Source: Nageia nagi (lineage: Eukaryota > Plantae > Pinophyta). Taken from it: a stretch of DNA of 64,000 nucleotides. This document shows, in pieces, positions 11,527-26,500 of the stretch. Location: positions 196,974,001 to 197,038,000 of the forward strand of contig JBITNC010000001.1 in NCBI GenBank assembly GCA_050084985.1, read 5' to 3'. Each line of letters begins with the position of its first letter. The stretch's first letter is position 1. Below the pieces are notes generated by a model. That model made no database searches. It saw only the letters and a list, made by a program, of their open reading frames with translations, and was not told where the DNA came from. The translations under genes were made by a program, and so were the position numbers.

Positions 11527-14500
11527 GTATAATAAAAAAAACTGTGATTGAACTCATTTTCGTTTTCTTTAGTATTGGAAATGGCTTGGCACTATACCAT
11601 CTTGCTGGTTTTGTAATGCCGATCGAGCCCATATAATGAAATGTATGAAGGGGAAGTGTATGCCATATACAATGTAATAGGGTAACTGACAGACACTTTG
11701 AACATGGGTTGGGTTTGATGCAGGCTTGTATACGGAGTAGATTACAAGGGGCATGTGTGCGGAAATAAGAAGTCTCACCCAGATGTGCAAGAATTCGAGG
11801 TAAGATATTGGCAAAATCCAAAGCAGGTATACGAGAGTGGGCTACGAAAGAGTCCTCTGAAGCTGGAAAATGCAAAGAGTATCTGCGTGAAGGAATGCCC
11901 AACTCCTTCGGATGAGGATGTGAATTGGGTATGCGATTATCCAGAAGGGTCTTCTATTAAGCTGACCATGGATGAGTGGGCTGACAGAAATTACGACTAT
12001 TATGAGTTTCTAAGTCCGGAGCAGAGGAATACTTCTCTTCAGCTTGAGGGACCATGCTATCCTGTCATCTTTCCCAGTGCAAATGGTGAGTGCGCATTAT
12101 CCAATGAAATTCATCTAAGGCATTCCGTGAAAAACTCATGAGGGATGAGGTCTAGTCACTGATATAATAAATGGTCACTTAGAATCCATTTAAGAATGGA
12201 GAGCTATGCAATTTAATAATATTATGTTTGTTTGCTATTAGTGTTTATACAAATCTGTTACCGAGAAAGATGAAGTCATGTTAGCAACATGTTAGTTTGT
12301 TCGTGGTTTGTTTTTTTGTTTTTTAATTTTTATTAGCTTGGGAATGAGTACTATTTTAGATTGTATCTTCATGCTCCTCACTTTTACTATAACCTCCATT
12401 ACTATTATAATTTTCAGTTTAAGATAGTTTTATAGTGCTGGTGCATACGTTGGATTACCCCACACCGTAAACTTGGATGTAAATGCTCAAATTAAACACC
12501 GATAATTTTGTTTGTGTTAAAATATAATAAAAATGCTTTCATTTTTTTTGTCATTTCTGTTCCTGTCTATCAACTCTACCCAGACTTGGTGGGTAATTAA
12601 GACATGCTGCTAAGCTTTGTGACCGTTGCTTTAGAATCCATCCTGTGATAAAAACGGTGGCTATGAGATCTATTTCCTCCATTTCTACTTGATTGTTTTC
12701 TCGACGTGGATTATATAGAAATGTTGGCTTTGGTATTTATTTCATTCTCTTATACTCAATTATTCACTCAAAGAAGCCGATAGATTTCAGCAACCAGCTA
12801 TAATGCCAAAAAATTCGACTTCTATCGCTCAGGGAAGCATTAGGTTTGATTATTTTTATCAGATTGTTTCTTCTTGGATTGTATCTTATGTAATATGCTT
12901 CTATAAACTATTTTTGCTATAAGTTTTCTGTTAGATCATTTTGCAGGCTAGCGTTTTCTTGATTGTTTTTGATGGATTGTTTCTGCCAGGTCTTTTGTCA
13001 AAATATTTGGCCCCTGTTCAAAGCTAATTCTCATTTCTACCAAGGACCTTGTTCGAACATGCTTACTTCATTCTTGTTATCTTCCATTAATCCATTTTTT
13101 AAAAGCTATACTATATCTTGGTTGAAATTTCTTGCAAAATTAAGAGTACTAGTGAATTCTTTATTATTCCTCTATAGATTCAATTTGTCTAGTTTCCATT
13201 AGCCTTACTATTTAAAAAATAAAAAGCTAATCTTTGTCGTCATAATTCGTCAAAATTATATTTTTGAGCTATATCCATCATGGAATTGTCCATGATATTT
13301 TAAATTCTTCAATAAACTATGTAAGTGGTTCCGAGTAAAAAGTATGTTGATACTAAGAAAATATTACCTAAATATCAACCTAAACATCAACTCATACATA
13401 TATATAAATCCTATAGAATGCACAAAAAGAAACCCTCGATAGACCTTTCATTCATTCATGCTTGCAAGTCTCCTAAGGATTATGGTTAGATTTTCTTCCC
13501 TTATGTTGCATGCATTGCTAGATTCTATTCAGATGTGCATCTCTTAGTTGCTGATCAATCTGTTGCCTTGTTGGGATCCCTTCATACATGTATAACTTCT
13601 TTAAACTTCTTTCCAAGCTAGAATTCATGGCTTCAATGCCATTTGAGATATCTTTGCTCCCAATTAGATGGTTGAAGTCGTTTGAATATTGACACTCCTA
13701 TCTGATAATTTGCCTTTACGTGTAACTCCTTTCAATTGTATTGGCAAATAAGATGAAAGGCCCCTAAGTTTGCTAAGGCTCCTGCTTTATCATTAGCTAC
13801 CTCTTCATATCCTTGGCAAAAAGCTGTGAATCCCTTACCTTAATTGTCCTTGTCCATAAGGTCACCCCTTAACTTGCTTAGAGATTCTTTTGAAGTCCTA
13901 TCAAAATTGAATTTAGATCCCTTCCTTCCGTCTTTCCCATTTATCCTTCCTATTCTTGGCCTCCCCCCAAGCAAGGGAAATCAAGTTCTATCTAGCAAGC
14001 ATTTCCTTATTTGGGTGCGGATCCTCTTTGCTGCATATTTGGACACCTTTACAAATGGTTTTGACTCTTAACTTTGCCAATAATTTTTGGAAAGTTGTAA
14101 TTTTCACCTTCGAAGATTCTGTGGTTTCTTTCCAGCTATATAGTCCAACCAAATATCCCTGTCCCCAAATCAGTTGGACTATAGAGGATTTGGAATGATG
14201 AAATTTTTTTTTTTTAAAGTTCCTCCAAATTCTTTGCTATGCACCATCTAACTGCCATATTTTTAAGGAACCAATTTGAAATTCTCCTACGTATAGGACA
14301 TTGGAGAATTAAATGGAAAAATTTCTAGAGGTAACATATTGATGCTCCTCTCCATCCTGTTGGTCTTCAATCATCATCTGTCGTAATGCTATCTTCATGG
14401 CTAGCCACAATCAAACATGATCATTGGTAGCCCCTCGTTAATCCAAATTTTATTGGTTAGATAGTTTTCTGAATAAAAGTGTTATGGATCAATGTACAGC

Positions 14501-17500
14501 CCTAGTTTGTCTGTTACTATTAAGCTAGTACAAAACCATACATTCCAGCTAGTAGAATATCAGAAATTGCACAGGAATTCCCAAACATATATCGCAATAG
14601 TTGTAACTAATAGCAACATGAGAAATATAACTAAGCAATTAACAATAGAACAACATGCACATTCATTAAATCCTGAATAACTGAATAACAAAAGATTGTA
14701 ATGAATAGCAATGAAGACATACAACAGTTGTTACCACTTCAAGGGGGTGACCTCCCATATATTTGAAGATGTTGTTTAAGATATGAATTCACAATAATGG
14801 TTAGAAGCATAACCTCTGCTCCTATTTGTAATTAAATCTAGCAAATGCACTAAGCCCAATGCTATGCTCCATAACTGATTATCTATGTGATAAAGGCTAG
14901 AGCTGATGAATTTAAATAAAAATGTGTGGTTATGATTATCTATGTGATAAGGCTAGAGCTAATGAATTTAAGTAAAGATGTGAGGTTATGCGGAGGCATA
15001 AAATGCCTCCTCCAATCAGTATGCTTTGTCCTCAAAGCTTGCAGCTGTGGAAAGTCCTTCATAATAGCATTTGCTTTCCAAGTTGCATTCTTTTCAAGCA
15101 GGTCCTTCCATTGAGAAGTAATTCCATGACTTCTTGGTTACATAGCTTCCTTTAGCACGAGTTCATAATAGCTTTTGATTCAACTGTAATCTTACCTTGA
15201 AGGGGATCCATGTAACTTATGAAGAATGGATTCTTTGCAATTAGATGTTTTTCCAAAATATATTCCAGTTTGGAAATTGATAATCTCATCTTTCCATTCA
15301 AGCCCCTTAGGATCCTCACCATTGTGTAGTTGGTGAATGATGTTTACTGTAGTTCGGTCTTCTTTCCATTCCTTTTCGATTTGTTCTATCCATGTTGGTT
15401 CTTGGAATTATATTGCATATTCTATGTTTCTCATGCATTCTTGATAATCAATCTACCACAACATTGTATTTTCCTTTTTTTATTGGATCTCAAAATCATA
15501 GCCAAACCTTTTCATGATTCATTTATGTTGTTCCATACAAGAGAAACATTGTGCCAAGAAGAATTTTAGGCCACTTGGTCTATTTTGATTATGAAGTTCC
15601 CATCAAGTAAGGTCACCATTTTTGAATCACATGTAAAATATTATTATTTCCTTCAAATATGTAGATTTTTTTTTATCGATAAAAAATGGGGTTTTTATGT
15701 AGGATCCCCAAACCTGCCTTTACATAGTGTCAAAATATGTGGAACTATATGCATTTCCATCCTTGAAGCTGGTAGCCAAGAGGACTTGTAGTGGATCATC
15801 ATGTGCTACGACTCCTTCCTCATTGATGATTGTGATTTCTGCTCCTTTGCTCTTATGATGCTTCTTCATTTTCTTTGAGAATAGTATCTGAAGTAGGCTT
15901 GCGGTCAACAGATTCGCATCTAGTGCTTTTGGAGGGAGGCAAGGCCTCCATTGCCATTTGTCTTGCACGTCATTTGGATTTTTGGGTAAGGAATCCCCCA
16001 TTTTGATTTAGAATGGTTTGTATCCCCTTTGCAATGCGTTTTGCCATTTCCCTATGATGAATTTGATGATCCAAAGGTCTACCAACAAGTCCTTTTCCCA
16101 TGTTTGCTATATTCTGTGAGCTTCTTGTAGTTCTCATTGGTTTAGGTTGCCCTTGTGAGTTATTGGGTTTGGATGTGTCACCTATACTGGTTGGGTGCAT
16201 GAGTTGATTGTGTGAGGGGGAGTAAGGTGGTGATGGAGTGGGTGTAGGAGTTGAGTTTGGGGTCGATTAGGGTGCAATTGATATGTTGTTCTCTAGAAGT
16301 TCATTGGTGTTGTTGGAGTTGTTTTTTAATCGCCTTCAAGATTACATTTGATCCTCCATTTTAGGTTCTTCCAAGTGCAAATTTGATCAATGTTTGGTCT
16401 AACGTCTATAAATTTCTTGATGAGATAACATTTGTGACACTATTCTTATGATCGGATTAGAGTGTCCGAAATGTTGAATCATGCAATGCCATCACCAGAG
16501 TCTATTTTAGGATCAAGCGGATAATCGACAATCAACTTGGATCTTTCAAAATTAAAGAGACTCGACTTGTTGTTCAATGATTGCCCCAAGTCAAAATTGG
16601 CCATATTGAAGCATTCCTTCAAATATGTAGATTTGCCAAAGTTTCTTCTTGATAGATATTCGCTCTCAAATGCTAACGAGTGGCCATCTTTCATCAAATA
16701 CAACATTAATTATATTTGTTGATGCATCACATTCCATCACAAATGTTTTGTTGAAGTCTGTGTGGTTAGAACTTGTTTGAAGCACATTGTTTGTTTTAGG
16801 TTGATAAATGCTATTGTGGCTTTGTCTTACTATGTGAAGGCATCTTTTTTGGTTAGTGTTGTTAAGAGTGCTGCAATTTTCATATAATCTTGGATTTCCT
16901 ACAGTATCTTATGAATCCTGTTGGCAAGGAAATATTTCCTCTAAGTAAGATAATCCAAAGAGACAATAAATGGGAAAGCAACCCAACATTTATGTAAGAT
17001 TGCGTTACCTATCCCCTCCTGTAAGGACTGATACCTCAAGGTTTTTGTATTCAAAGATGCAAAAAAAATGCAAGTTCTATTTTAATGGCTTAGTGACTCT
17101 TGTTTGCGAATCAACTCAATGGTGTAATAGAGGTAGTGGAAGTTAACTCATGTTTTTTATAAGGCGCTTAAGGTGTTTCAATGCAATGATCAAAAGTTGT
17201 TTCGATTTTAAAGAAAGCAAGAAAAGGAAAAAAGTAAGCAAATAAAAGAGAATGTTTCAACGCAATGCTGGTTTGGTTTCAAATCGACCACCATGACCAC
17301 CACAACGAAGCATTATCTAAACTTCTTTCATTCTGGATCAATTAAGAAAGTTTCATTCAATTCATCAAGCTTGAAATAAATGACTTTTATCCAAGTTATT
17401 TCAAACAAGAGTTAGGAGCGAAGCTGATTGTCAGTACTCCTTTTACAAAACCGATTGGCAATCAAAAGAACTTAGCGTAGATCACACGAACTGACTCGTT

Positions 17501-20500
17501 CTGAATGAAACTTCTAATCAGATGGCATAGAAAGAAAGCGAATTCAGAATACATTCATTCAGCATGTACACCATGAATAAGTAACAATCTTAAAGTAATT
17601 TAAACGCTTTAGAAAATTTTCAACAAATTTTTTCTAAAACTTGTAAGTTTTCAAAGAAAGGCGCAAAAGCATTCAAATCATAGAAGAAAGCTACAACAAG
17701 ATCTAATCCACAACTCCATAAATGATAGATTCGCTTTGGTCTTTAAGTCACCACTTTGTATTTACTTTGTAAAAAGAGTTGTACAAAAGTTTTCAAGCTT
17801 GCTCCTCTCTTACAATTTTTTTTGGTTTTTCACAAAATTTCATTATGACCACACCTCCTTGGGTCTATTTATAGAATTTTTAGTGTTGCCCTAACTCTAA
17901 GTCAAAAAAAAATTAAAAATTACATTTCGCTAAATATTTAACTACTCTTGGACTCCATCTATTGATGTAAATGTTTGAACTGTTCAATTGAATTATTCTT
18001 TGAAAGGATATTTTGAAGGGTCCATGTATAATCTCAGAAAAAATCTTGGTTCCTTTTATTCATTACCCACCTCATATATCCTTTTCATCAAATTGTTGCA
18101 TCTTACCATACAATCCCACATGGTAGATTCTTTGTGGGGATTGCTAATCCTAAGAATACTATCCTTTTGATCTCTTCCTACTACCTAGATATTTATTGTA
18201 AAGGATCTTATTCCACAACCTCCTTTCCTTCATAAAGTCTCCGAAACAGTTTGGCACCAAGGGCTTTGTTCATTTATAAGAGCTTCTTGAGACATGTCCT
18301 GCTTCACTCCTTGGTGACATTTACTTTATTCCAACCTATCGAGTGGACCTTCCTTTCATTATTGTTGTGTCCCCATAGAGATATTTTCAGAATTTGATAA
18401 AGCACTTGGAGAATCCTTCTGAAATTTGTAAAAGAGATAAAAAAATATATATCAAGAAAGCTACTTTGAATTTGAATTTTTCAATTAGAGGCTTCTAGAG
18501 GACTTGTTTGATTGGTCCTTTATTCATATCCAAGTAGGAGTTTGGGAGAGTCTCCTTAGATAAACTTGGGGCAATTTTAATTCTATTTTTCATTGAATCT
18601 TTGGCATTTAAGGAAAAAAATCATTGATGTAATTAGAGAATTTTTTATTTATTTATCCTTCTTTATTATCTACCTGGTAACCTTTTGATGGCCCTCCAAA
18701 ATTAGATATGTTTCCGCTTCTTAAAGTTAAGGGACCCTCAATAGAAGAGTATCATCATAGATGATGGGATTGATGAGGCACTCCATTAATGATTTGAATT
18801 CTTGAAATTCTCCCTTTTATTGCTCTTCTTGCCGAAGTTTTACCTCAAGCCTTTGCCTTTAAATAAAAAACAAACGGCAATAGGGCTTTCCTTGCCTTAT
18901 ATCCCTAAAGGAAGGGAAAAATCCAATTGGACTTATGTTGATTAGGGGGAGAAAAGAAAGCCTCCAAAAAGCGGTTTCCTATTATAGAGCCAAATCTTTT
19001 TCGAACTTTTAGAAAACAAATCCCCAATCAACTATATCATAGACTTTTTGGATGTCTATTTTCATCAATATACCTACGTCTTCATAAGTGTTTAGAGAAT
19101 GAATGGCTTCATGAGCAATTGTTATTCCATCTAGAATTTTCTTGCTTTTAAAAAAACCATCGCATTCATCAATTCTCAATTTGTCGACAGTCATCTTGAG
19201 TCCACTAGCTATGATCTTTGTCATGAGTTTGTACATTGTATTGCAAAGGGAGATGGGTCTGCATGCATTGAAGTAGAGAGATTCTTCTTTCTTGCGGATG
19301 AAGGCGAGGAAGGCGGAGTTTCGTGACTTTTTCATTTTTCTTTTTCTTGGATTCTTTGACAGCTGCTACCACATCTTTTTTACAAATGTCCTGGAAGTTT
19401 TAGAAAAAGGTTACAGGAAATCCATCAAGCCTTGGGTCTATTTCCTTCATGAACATGTTATTATCAATATTCAATAAAAAATTTGGAATATTGTTGAGAA
19501 AAAGGTCCATAGCCAACATTTCTTCACTTCCAATTGAGCAAGTCTTTCAAAAGAGAATATGAGATTGTTGTTCCCAATAAATTTCCTCATTAACAAAAGA
19601 GAATGAGATTCTTTAGATGGGGATTCTTTTTGGTGTTCTTTGAAAGTGTTTGGTTCTACAAGTGTCTTGTTAGTATTAGGTATCCTTTGAAATCATTCCT
19701 CTTTTATTCCTTCATTTTGGATTTAACATGCTTGAGTTTCTTAGCTGGGATGGATCTCTTAGATCACCAAATGTTAATTCCCCATTAATCTTTTTAAAAT
19801 TATTTTCAAGCGATCTTTCAAGCATTGAAGCTATCTCAAAGTGGAAAGGAGATGGCCATTTTGAGATAGATATATCTAGTAAATCAGTTGGCCAATGTTA
19901 TAATCCAAAGTCATAGAATATAGACATCATTATTTGTGTTTGTATGCCATTTGGGGCAATGGCAAGTCTGTCCAACTTTTCTTTTACATTTTCTTCTCCT
20001 TGTCATAGATTCTTCTATGTGAAAACTCCATTGGAGGTGAGGACATCCGATGCATCTATGTCCCATGGTAATTGTTCCGATTCTAGACCTTGAGATGCAT
20101 CCCAACCCCTGCTACCTTTCTTGTTTTTGTCAAGAGAGTGGCATGACAATCACCCTCTACAATGATTTGGGCCTGGTTGTTCCTATAGACCCTTAGCCCT
20201 TCCGAAGATGGCCTTCTCTAATCCCTATCTAATGGACTACAACATTAATAACAAGTCCAGCCAAGTTCTTCCTAGTATTGTCCCACATTAAAATTTACCG
20301 ATTCCTATCTGATTGGACATCTTTGATTTGAATATTGCTTGGGTTTCATTGGAATTCCAACCCTCTTGAAGTTCCCACAAAGTCCTCCTACAGGAAGTTA
20401 GCTCTTCTCGACAATCTATGTTGAATTTCAATTGTTTTTCTTTCAAGCATTTTGGTCTCATGGATCAACATAAAATGGTTTGATGACAATATTTGCTTGT

Positions 20501-23500
20501 TAGGAGCATTAAGGCTCCCAACATTCCATGAAACTATCTTCATTTGTGGGAAGATTTGCGAGTGGGCTTAACCCCACCATCGCCAGCGACCTGACCACTA
20601 GTTTGACCTGAATTTTGACTTTTTTTTTTTGCTACATCCCAACTTGAAATCTTCCTTGCATCTTGCCTCGTCTTAGATAACAAGGCTGTGATCAGAGTAA
20701 AGATTCTGAAGCCACACTTTCCTTTCCTAAACTTGTCAGATCTTTCACATTTTGTCCAGATTGGCTATTGCTTGCCATAGTATGAGTGGGAGCTGAAAAA
20801 AAACCTTAAAAGATTTCAGCTCTGAGTCTGCTCTCAAATGATCCTCTTCCTCTATGGACCACTCCTCTACTACATCTAACTCATCTTCACCATCTGGTTC
20901 TTTAGATATTGCATTCACAAGGTTCTTCCCCTTCCCTTTCTTTGAATCAGCCTTGGCCTCCTCCACCTTTGCTGAATCTAGACAATCCTTTGGTAGGGAT
21001 TAGAAAATCTTAAAACTGTTTTCCCTAACTTTGGCTTCCGGACACTCAATTTGTTTATTCTCCTTCCTCTTCTTGGACAAAACCTTTGGGAAATCATGAG
21101 GGTACCAAAAGTCCAAGAATCTACCTGTTTCCTCCAAAACATGAGGGTCCCACAACTCCAAAGGGAGATTGTAGAACCTTACCCAAACTGGTAGGAAATC
21201 AATTTTCTTTGATTCAAGATTGAAGCCTACAGACCATGGTTTTATAAATAGACTTCTATTGCCATCCACAGTGATCCTTCAGCCATTAGAGCCCTATAAT
21301 CCAGATTGCATTGATTTTGGAGCAATGGCTTGTAAATGAGAAAATATTCTATTAACGTTATAACAAATTTAGACAATATGTATTGGATGGTTACAAGTTG
21401 ATTTGGTTAATGAACCAATTTTTTTATATAACCCCTATACCTAATATTAGTAGTTAATTAAGAAATTAAGTATTGGATATAATTAAAATTAGCCTAAGGT
21501 ATTGATATCTTAAACCTTAGGTTGTTCCATCTTAATTTAAATACCTCAAAAATATAATATTATGATGTAATATTATAACTTACAAATATTCTTATAATAC
21601 CAAATTGGGAGTTGAATATAACGGAAACAAAACATGCAGCAGAGACGAGTAGTAATGGACAGCACTGCCATTACAACTCATTTGATGCATTCACATTTGA
21701 TCATAAGTGGGGTCGGGCCTCACCTCATCAATGGAATGGCCTGGCCTCTCTAGTCATAACTTGAGCTCACTACTGGGAATGGTCTTATTGGACACATCTT
21801 TCGCTCTCTACTGGGAATGGTCTCACTGGATCCAACAACAATGGGAATGGTCTCACCATATACAACATCAAGAAGTGAATAGATCTTCTGGCTTATCAAT
21901 CACCATTCTCTTCCAACATCTTCTGTAGAAATTGAAGGCACATTTAACAGTCTCTATGAACAAACAAGTAACTGAAGACACACTAGACAGTTTCCTTTCA
22001 CAACTTATGTAGAACTTGAATGCACACTTGATAGTTTCAAGTTTCCACGAACAAAATACAACAGAATTTAGATGTTGGGATGTTCTTTCTAGTGGTGGTA
22101 CATAATATTTATCAACATGTGAACACTTAGATGCTGTAACAACACAAACCAAGATACTGGACTCGTTACCATAATACAAATTCAAAATACTTCACTGCAC
22201 TTGTCAGCTGGATGATAGTGGTAATGGACCTCCTATCACCATAGTTTGAGAAACAATTTTTCTTTCAATAGAATAACCTCTCAATTGAGAAAACAAATTT
22301 TTATTTTTTAATTACTCCATTCACGATCAGTTGCTATTTAGTGTTGTGTAGATTTGTTAGCATCATTTTTATCTTCTGTTGTTTCAAACTTAATAATTGC
22401 TTTGATGGTGAGTAAGACTGTCTCAAAGACATATCTTTTGCATCTCCTATTCGTAATCAGACTTTACCAAATTTTTGGGAACATCTCCTAAACCTTGAAA
22501 ATTAGTGAGCACATGGCAATTTGGATATAAAATGGAATGAGTTTTATGCTTTTGAAGGTTTGTAGAAAACTTACTGGCATCATTACCCTTCACCAAATGA
22601 AGCTAAACAAATACTAAAAATATTGATCTTAACTGAGCAAATTCTATCATGCAACCACTCATTGGAAACCTTGTCTACTTTTTAATGAAAATGATAACAT
22701 GAGGAACTAATCACTAATCAAGTAGATATGAGTAAAATACAGATAGAAATAGGAGCAGCACTCGTTTTTGTCAAAAGTTCCTTTATGCCTTTGTGTCCAG
22801 ATTCCCAGAATATGATATAACCTCCAAAAACTGGTCAGAGCTTTTTGTAGGTAGACAAACATTGAAGAGGATCTGCATTCTTGTCTTCTGGAATCGAAGC
22901 TCACATGAAATTCTCCCATCATCTGGAATTGAAGTCCACATGAAATTCTCCCACAACCGAACTAATTCTTCTATCCTACAATACCTCTGTTATCTTATTT
23001 CTTTCTTTGGTTTATGTAGAGGAGTTGGATGTTGCTTTTGTTGGACACTGAGTGCTTCACAAACAGACTGGAAATAGACCAGCAAAAGTTGCAAATAAAT
23101 TTCATGGAACACAATCATAGCGGGATAGACATAATTGCATGGAATGAATTTATAATGGGAGAAACACTGACTTTCTTTTCTTCCGTGCATGATCCATATA
23201 TAGAATGTGCTTCTTGAGGAGGCCATAAATTCTGTTGAGTGCGACTATTTAGAGCAAGGAGAGGATCACTCACATCTGGGAGGCGCTCATAGAAGTTTAG
23301 TTGCTATGATGTTGGAGCTGTTATATGCAAGGCCGGAAAAAACTTACGTGTTGGTGGTGTTCTTTCTATTGCTTGTGTTTGTAAATAGTAATACCTCCAG
23401 TAGCTAGCAGGTTTGGATGCGTGGACGCTCTAAAACATGAATCATTAGCAGCTAAGTTCTTAGCTTAATTTCATCCAAAAAAATGCGCTCCTTAGGCTTT

Positions 23501-26500
23501 GGCTTCCCAACTAACTTACTCAACCTTGAACCATGTTCAGGGTGAAGTGTGCTATAATGGAACTCATGTTGTGAAATTCATGTTCTTATACCATCGATTT
23601 TTGGAGCAATGGCTTGCAAATTAACAAATATTTTGTAAACATAATGACAAGTTTGCCAATATATTTTAGATGATTAGGCATTTGCTCGTTGCAGTGAACT
23701 TTGTTATGTAACCCTTATACCTAAGTTCATTAATTAATGAAATAACTATTAAATATTATTAAAACTGATTTAAGGTATTTTGATACCAAATCTCAACTTA
23801 TTCTATCCTAACTTATACATAAAATATATACTATAATGATGTAATATGATTTCTTACAAATATTTCAATAAAAAGGAAAAAAATACTTAGAAAAGAAATT
23901 ATTGAGCAACAAGCATAAGGGAATTTCATTTTAGGGCTCAAAGTGGCCTTGATCCATGTATTAAGGGATCCTCTAGCCAACCAAGCACCTAAGATTTTGA
24001 AATTAAAATTTTATATATATATCATATTAACTCGAAAAAAAAGAATGATACACATAAATAACATTTTAGATGGAAAACTATGTCTATATTAACTCCCATA
24101 GTTCATCACAACATTAGATATTAAATAAAACATTAATAAAAAGTAAAAAAAATTAATACTTTCAAAATAAGTATATTAAAATACAAAAATATAACATTAA
24201 AATTTAGTGTAAAATCCAATATATTATTATTGTCTTTAGTATAAAAATATTTTAATTATAATTTATATTTGTTTATTATTTAAAAGATTAATATCTATAA
24301 ACACTTTTAAATTATATATTTAATTTCATTTGAATTTTTTTAATATTTATAATAAAAAATATGATATTAAGATTAATAATTTTTTTAAATAAAAACAATA
24401 TTAAAATTTATATTTATTTATTATTTAAAAAAATTAAATAAAATAATTAATAATGAAAAAATCTATGTTTTCAAATTTAATAAAATAAACAAATTAAAAA
24501 AATAAACAAACAAACTTAAAAAATAAAAAAAGAATTTAAAAACGCTTTAAAACAAAAGAAAATAAATAAAAAAAAAAAACGAAAAAGAAAAAATTATAAA
24601 AATTATAAAAAAAATGCAGCCCCGGCCGCGATGACCAGGTTTTTTATTATTTTTTTTTAAATTAAGCGTTTCATATCTGCACCAGTGTTTCGAGAAATTT
24701 CCAATACTGGTACAGGCTTTCGGAGGGTGTTTCCTGCAACATAGCATAGAACCCTTATTGGCATATATAGGAGCATTTTTAAATTTGCTCATTAGATCGC
24801 GATCCTCCCTTGGCCTAGATTTGCTTCCATATTGTTCTTTCCTTCCTGAATCCACTCCATCAGATCCATTATTCTCCTTATTCTGGCCCATGATGGAAAC
24901 TTATTGGTTGATCTCCTCCTATCAATGCTCATCCTCAACTAATCAGTTCTTGGGATAGGCAAATTTATTTTCAGTTGTGGGGCCTTAACTTTATAGTGAT
25001 TTTTACCATAGTAGTAAAATTTGGATTTGGCCAATATTCCTTTGGATTCAACCTTTTGAAATTTGATCATTCAGATAATTTTGGCAAAAAAGTGACGACT
25101 AGTAATGAAAAAAATTCTAAATTTATATAAAATGCATTAAATGATGATTAATCAGGAATTATTTGTCAATAATTCAACGAAACTCATATTCTCAGACTAT
25201 AAATGCATTATTTGCTGAATTTTGTAACCATAATTTTTACTGTTAAATGCATGGTGATTAGCAAAAGCCCAATTTTGGCATCATGGGTAATTCATGTCTA
25301 TAGTATTGAAGTAATCAATGATCACATAACATCTATTCTTCATTGTTGATCTGGTTCATTTTTTTCACAAATTTGTTTTTCATTTCATTTTTTTGTAAAC
25401 TATTTCTTTTGTTTTAACAAGTTCTGATCAAACATTTGTGGTATGAATGGTTAAGATACAAAGTGAAAGGAATAACGATGTGAAAATTACCAGCAAAATG
25501 TTTTGATCTTTAATTTTATGTCTATGATACAAGTTCATTGATATTGCTTTTGGCTTTATTTAATCAGTATTTTGGAGTTGTCAGTTTGCGGGTCGCCCTT
25601 CAAATGCTTCATTGCACTTCTGGAAACAAATGGGCGGTGTAGATATTGATGAAGGTGACAACATTGTAAAATCGATACATAGCTCTATTAATTCTCATGA
25701 AGCTGTCCTAAAGGTTTGTTTCTGTCCAAATGTTTATCTCCGCATGCTCCAATAAATGATGGAGCTATCTAATATGTTGTTTTAACAAAAATAAATAGTA
25801 GGTTTGGTATATTACAGATGGGTGATTACCTTGTGTAATCACTGTTGTTTTTGATCAAAACTAGGTACACTAGTACAATTTCATGTTTTATTCTTACCTT
25901 TTTTACACTAGATTTTTGTTCCACCTCATTACAAATTAAATCGTGTAAGCTGTTATTTTATCTTTCTTAAGGGTTCGTTAAATATTTTTTGGCGTTGATT
26001 GTGTGCAGAGATATGTGGCTGATGTTGGGAAGGCATGGCCTGTGTTGATTGTATGTGGGGGACTGCTGCCATTGTTTTTGTCAATTATTTGGTTGGTCAT
26101 GATTCGCTACTTTGTCGGACTGATGATATGGGCAACAATTGTGATCCTCAACATTCTCACTATTTCTATCACAGTTTATTTCTACACAAAAGGTCAGAAC
26201 TCTTGACCTCAAACTTTATGCAAGATTGGTATGATTACCTTTAAGACGCATTTACACGTTATATTTTGGAAAGCTCTTATATACAAGTAAATTGAATTGA
26301 AATAGTTCGGCTAAGAAAGGGAAAGGGACATATTGTAGAAAAAGCTTTGATACACTTTTTCATTGATAATCAGATTTCAAGTACACTCAGGTTTTCCTAA
26401 CATAGGTCATCAGATTGACTCCCAGTTATCACCACTTTAGTGAGAATCATAACCTACTAACTGCACACAGAATCTCCTACGTGAGTGGGTTAACGGTTAA

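Noticed and set aside
11471-11902. Minus-strand ORFs over CTL1 (also 37224-37732)
   Set aside because: They are antisense to real exons and have no recognisable motifs.
14876-14985. Hammerhead ribozyme in a ~56-bp duplication containing ctgatga
   Set aside because: No GAAA core with flanking stems is evident, and the second copy lacks the motif.
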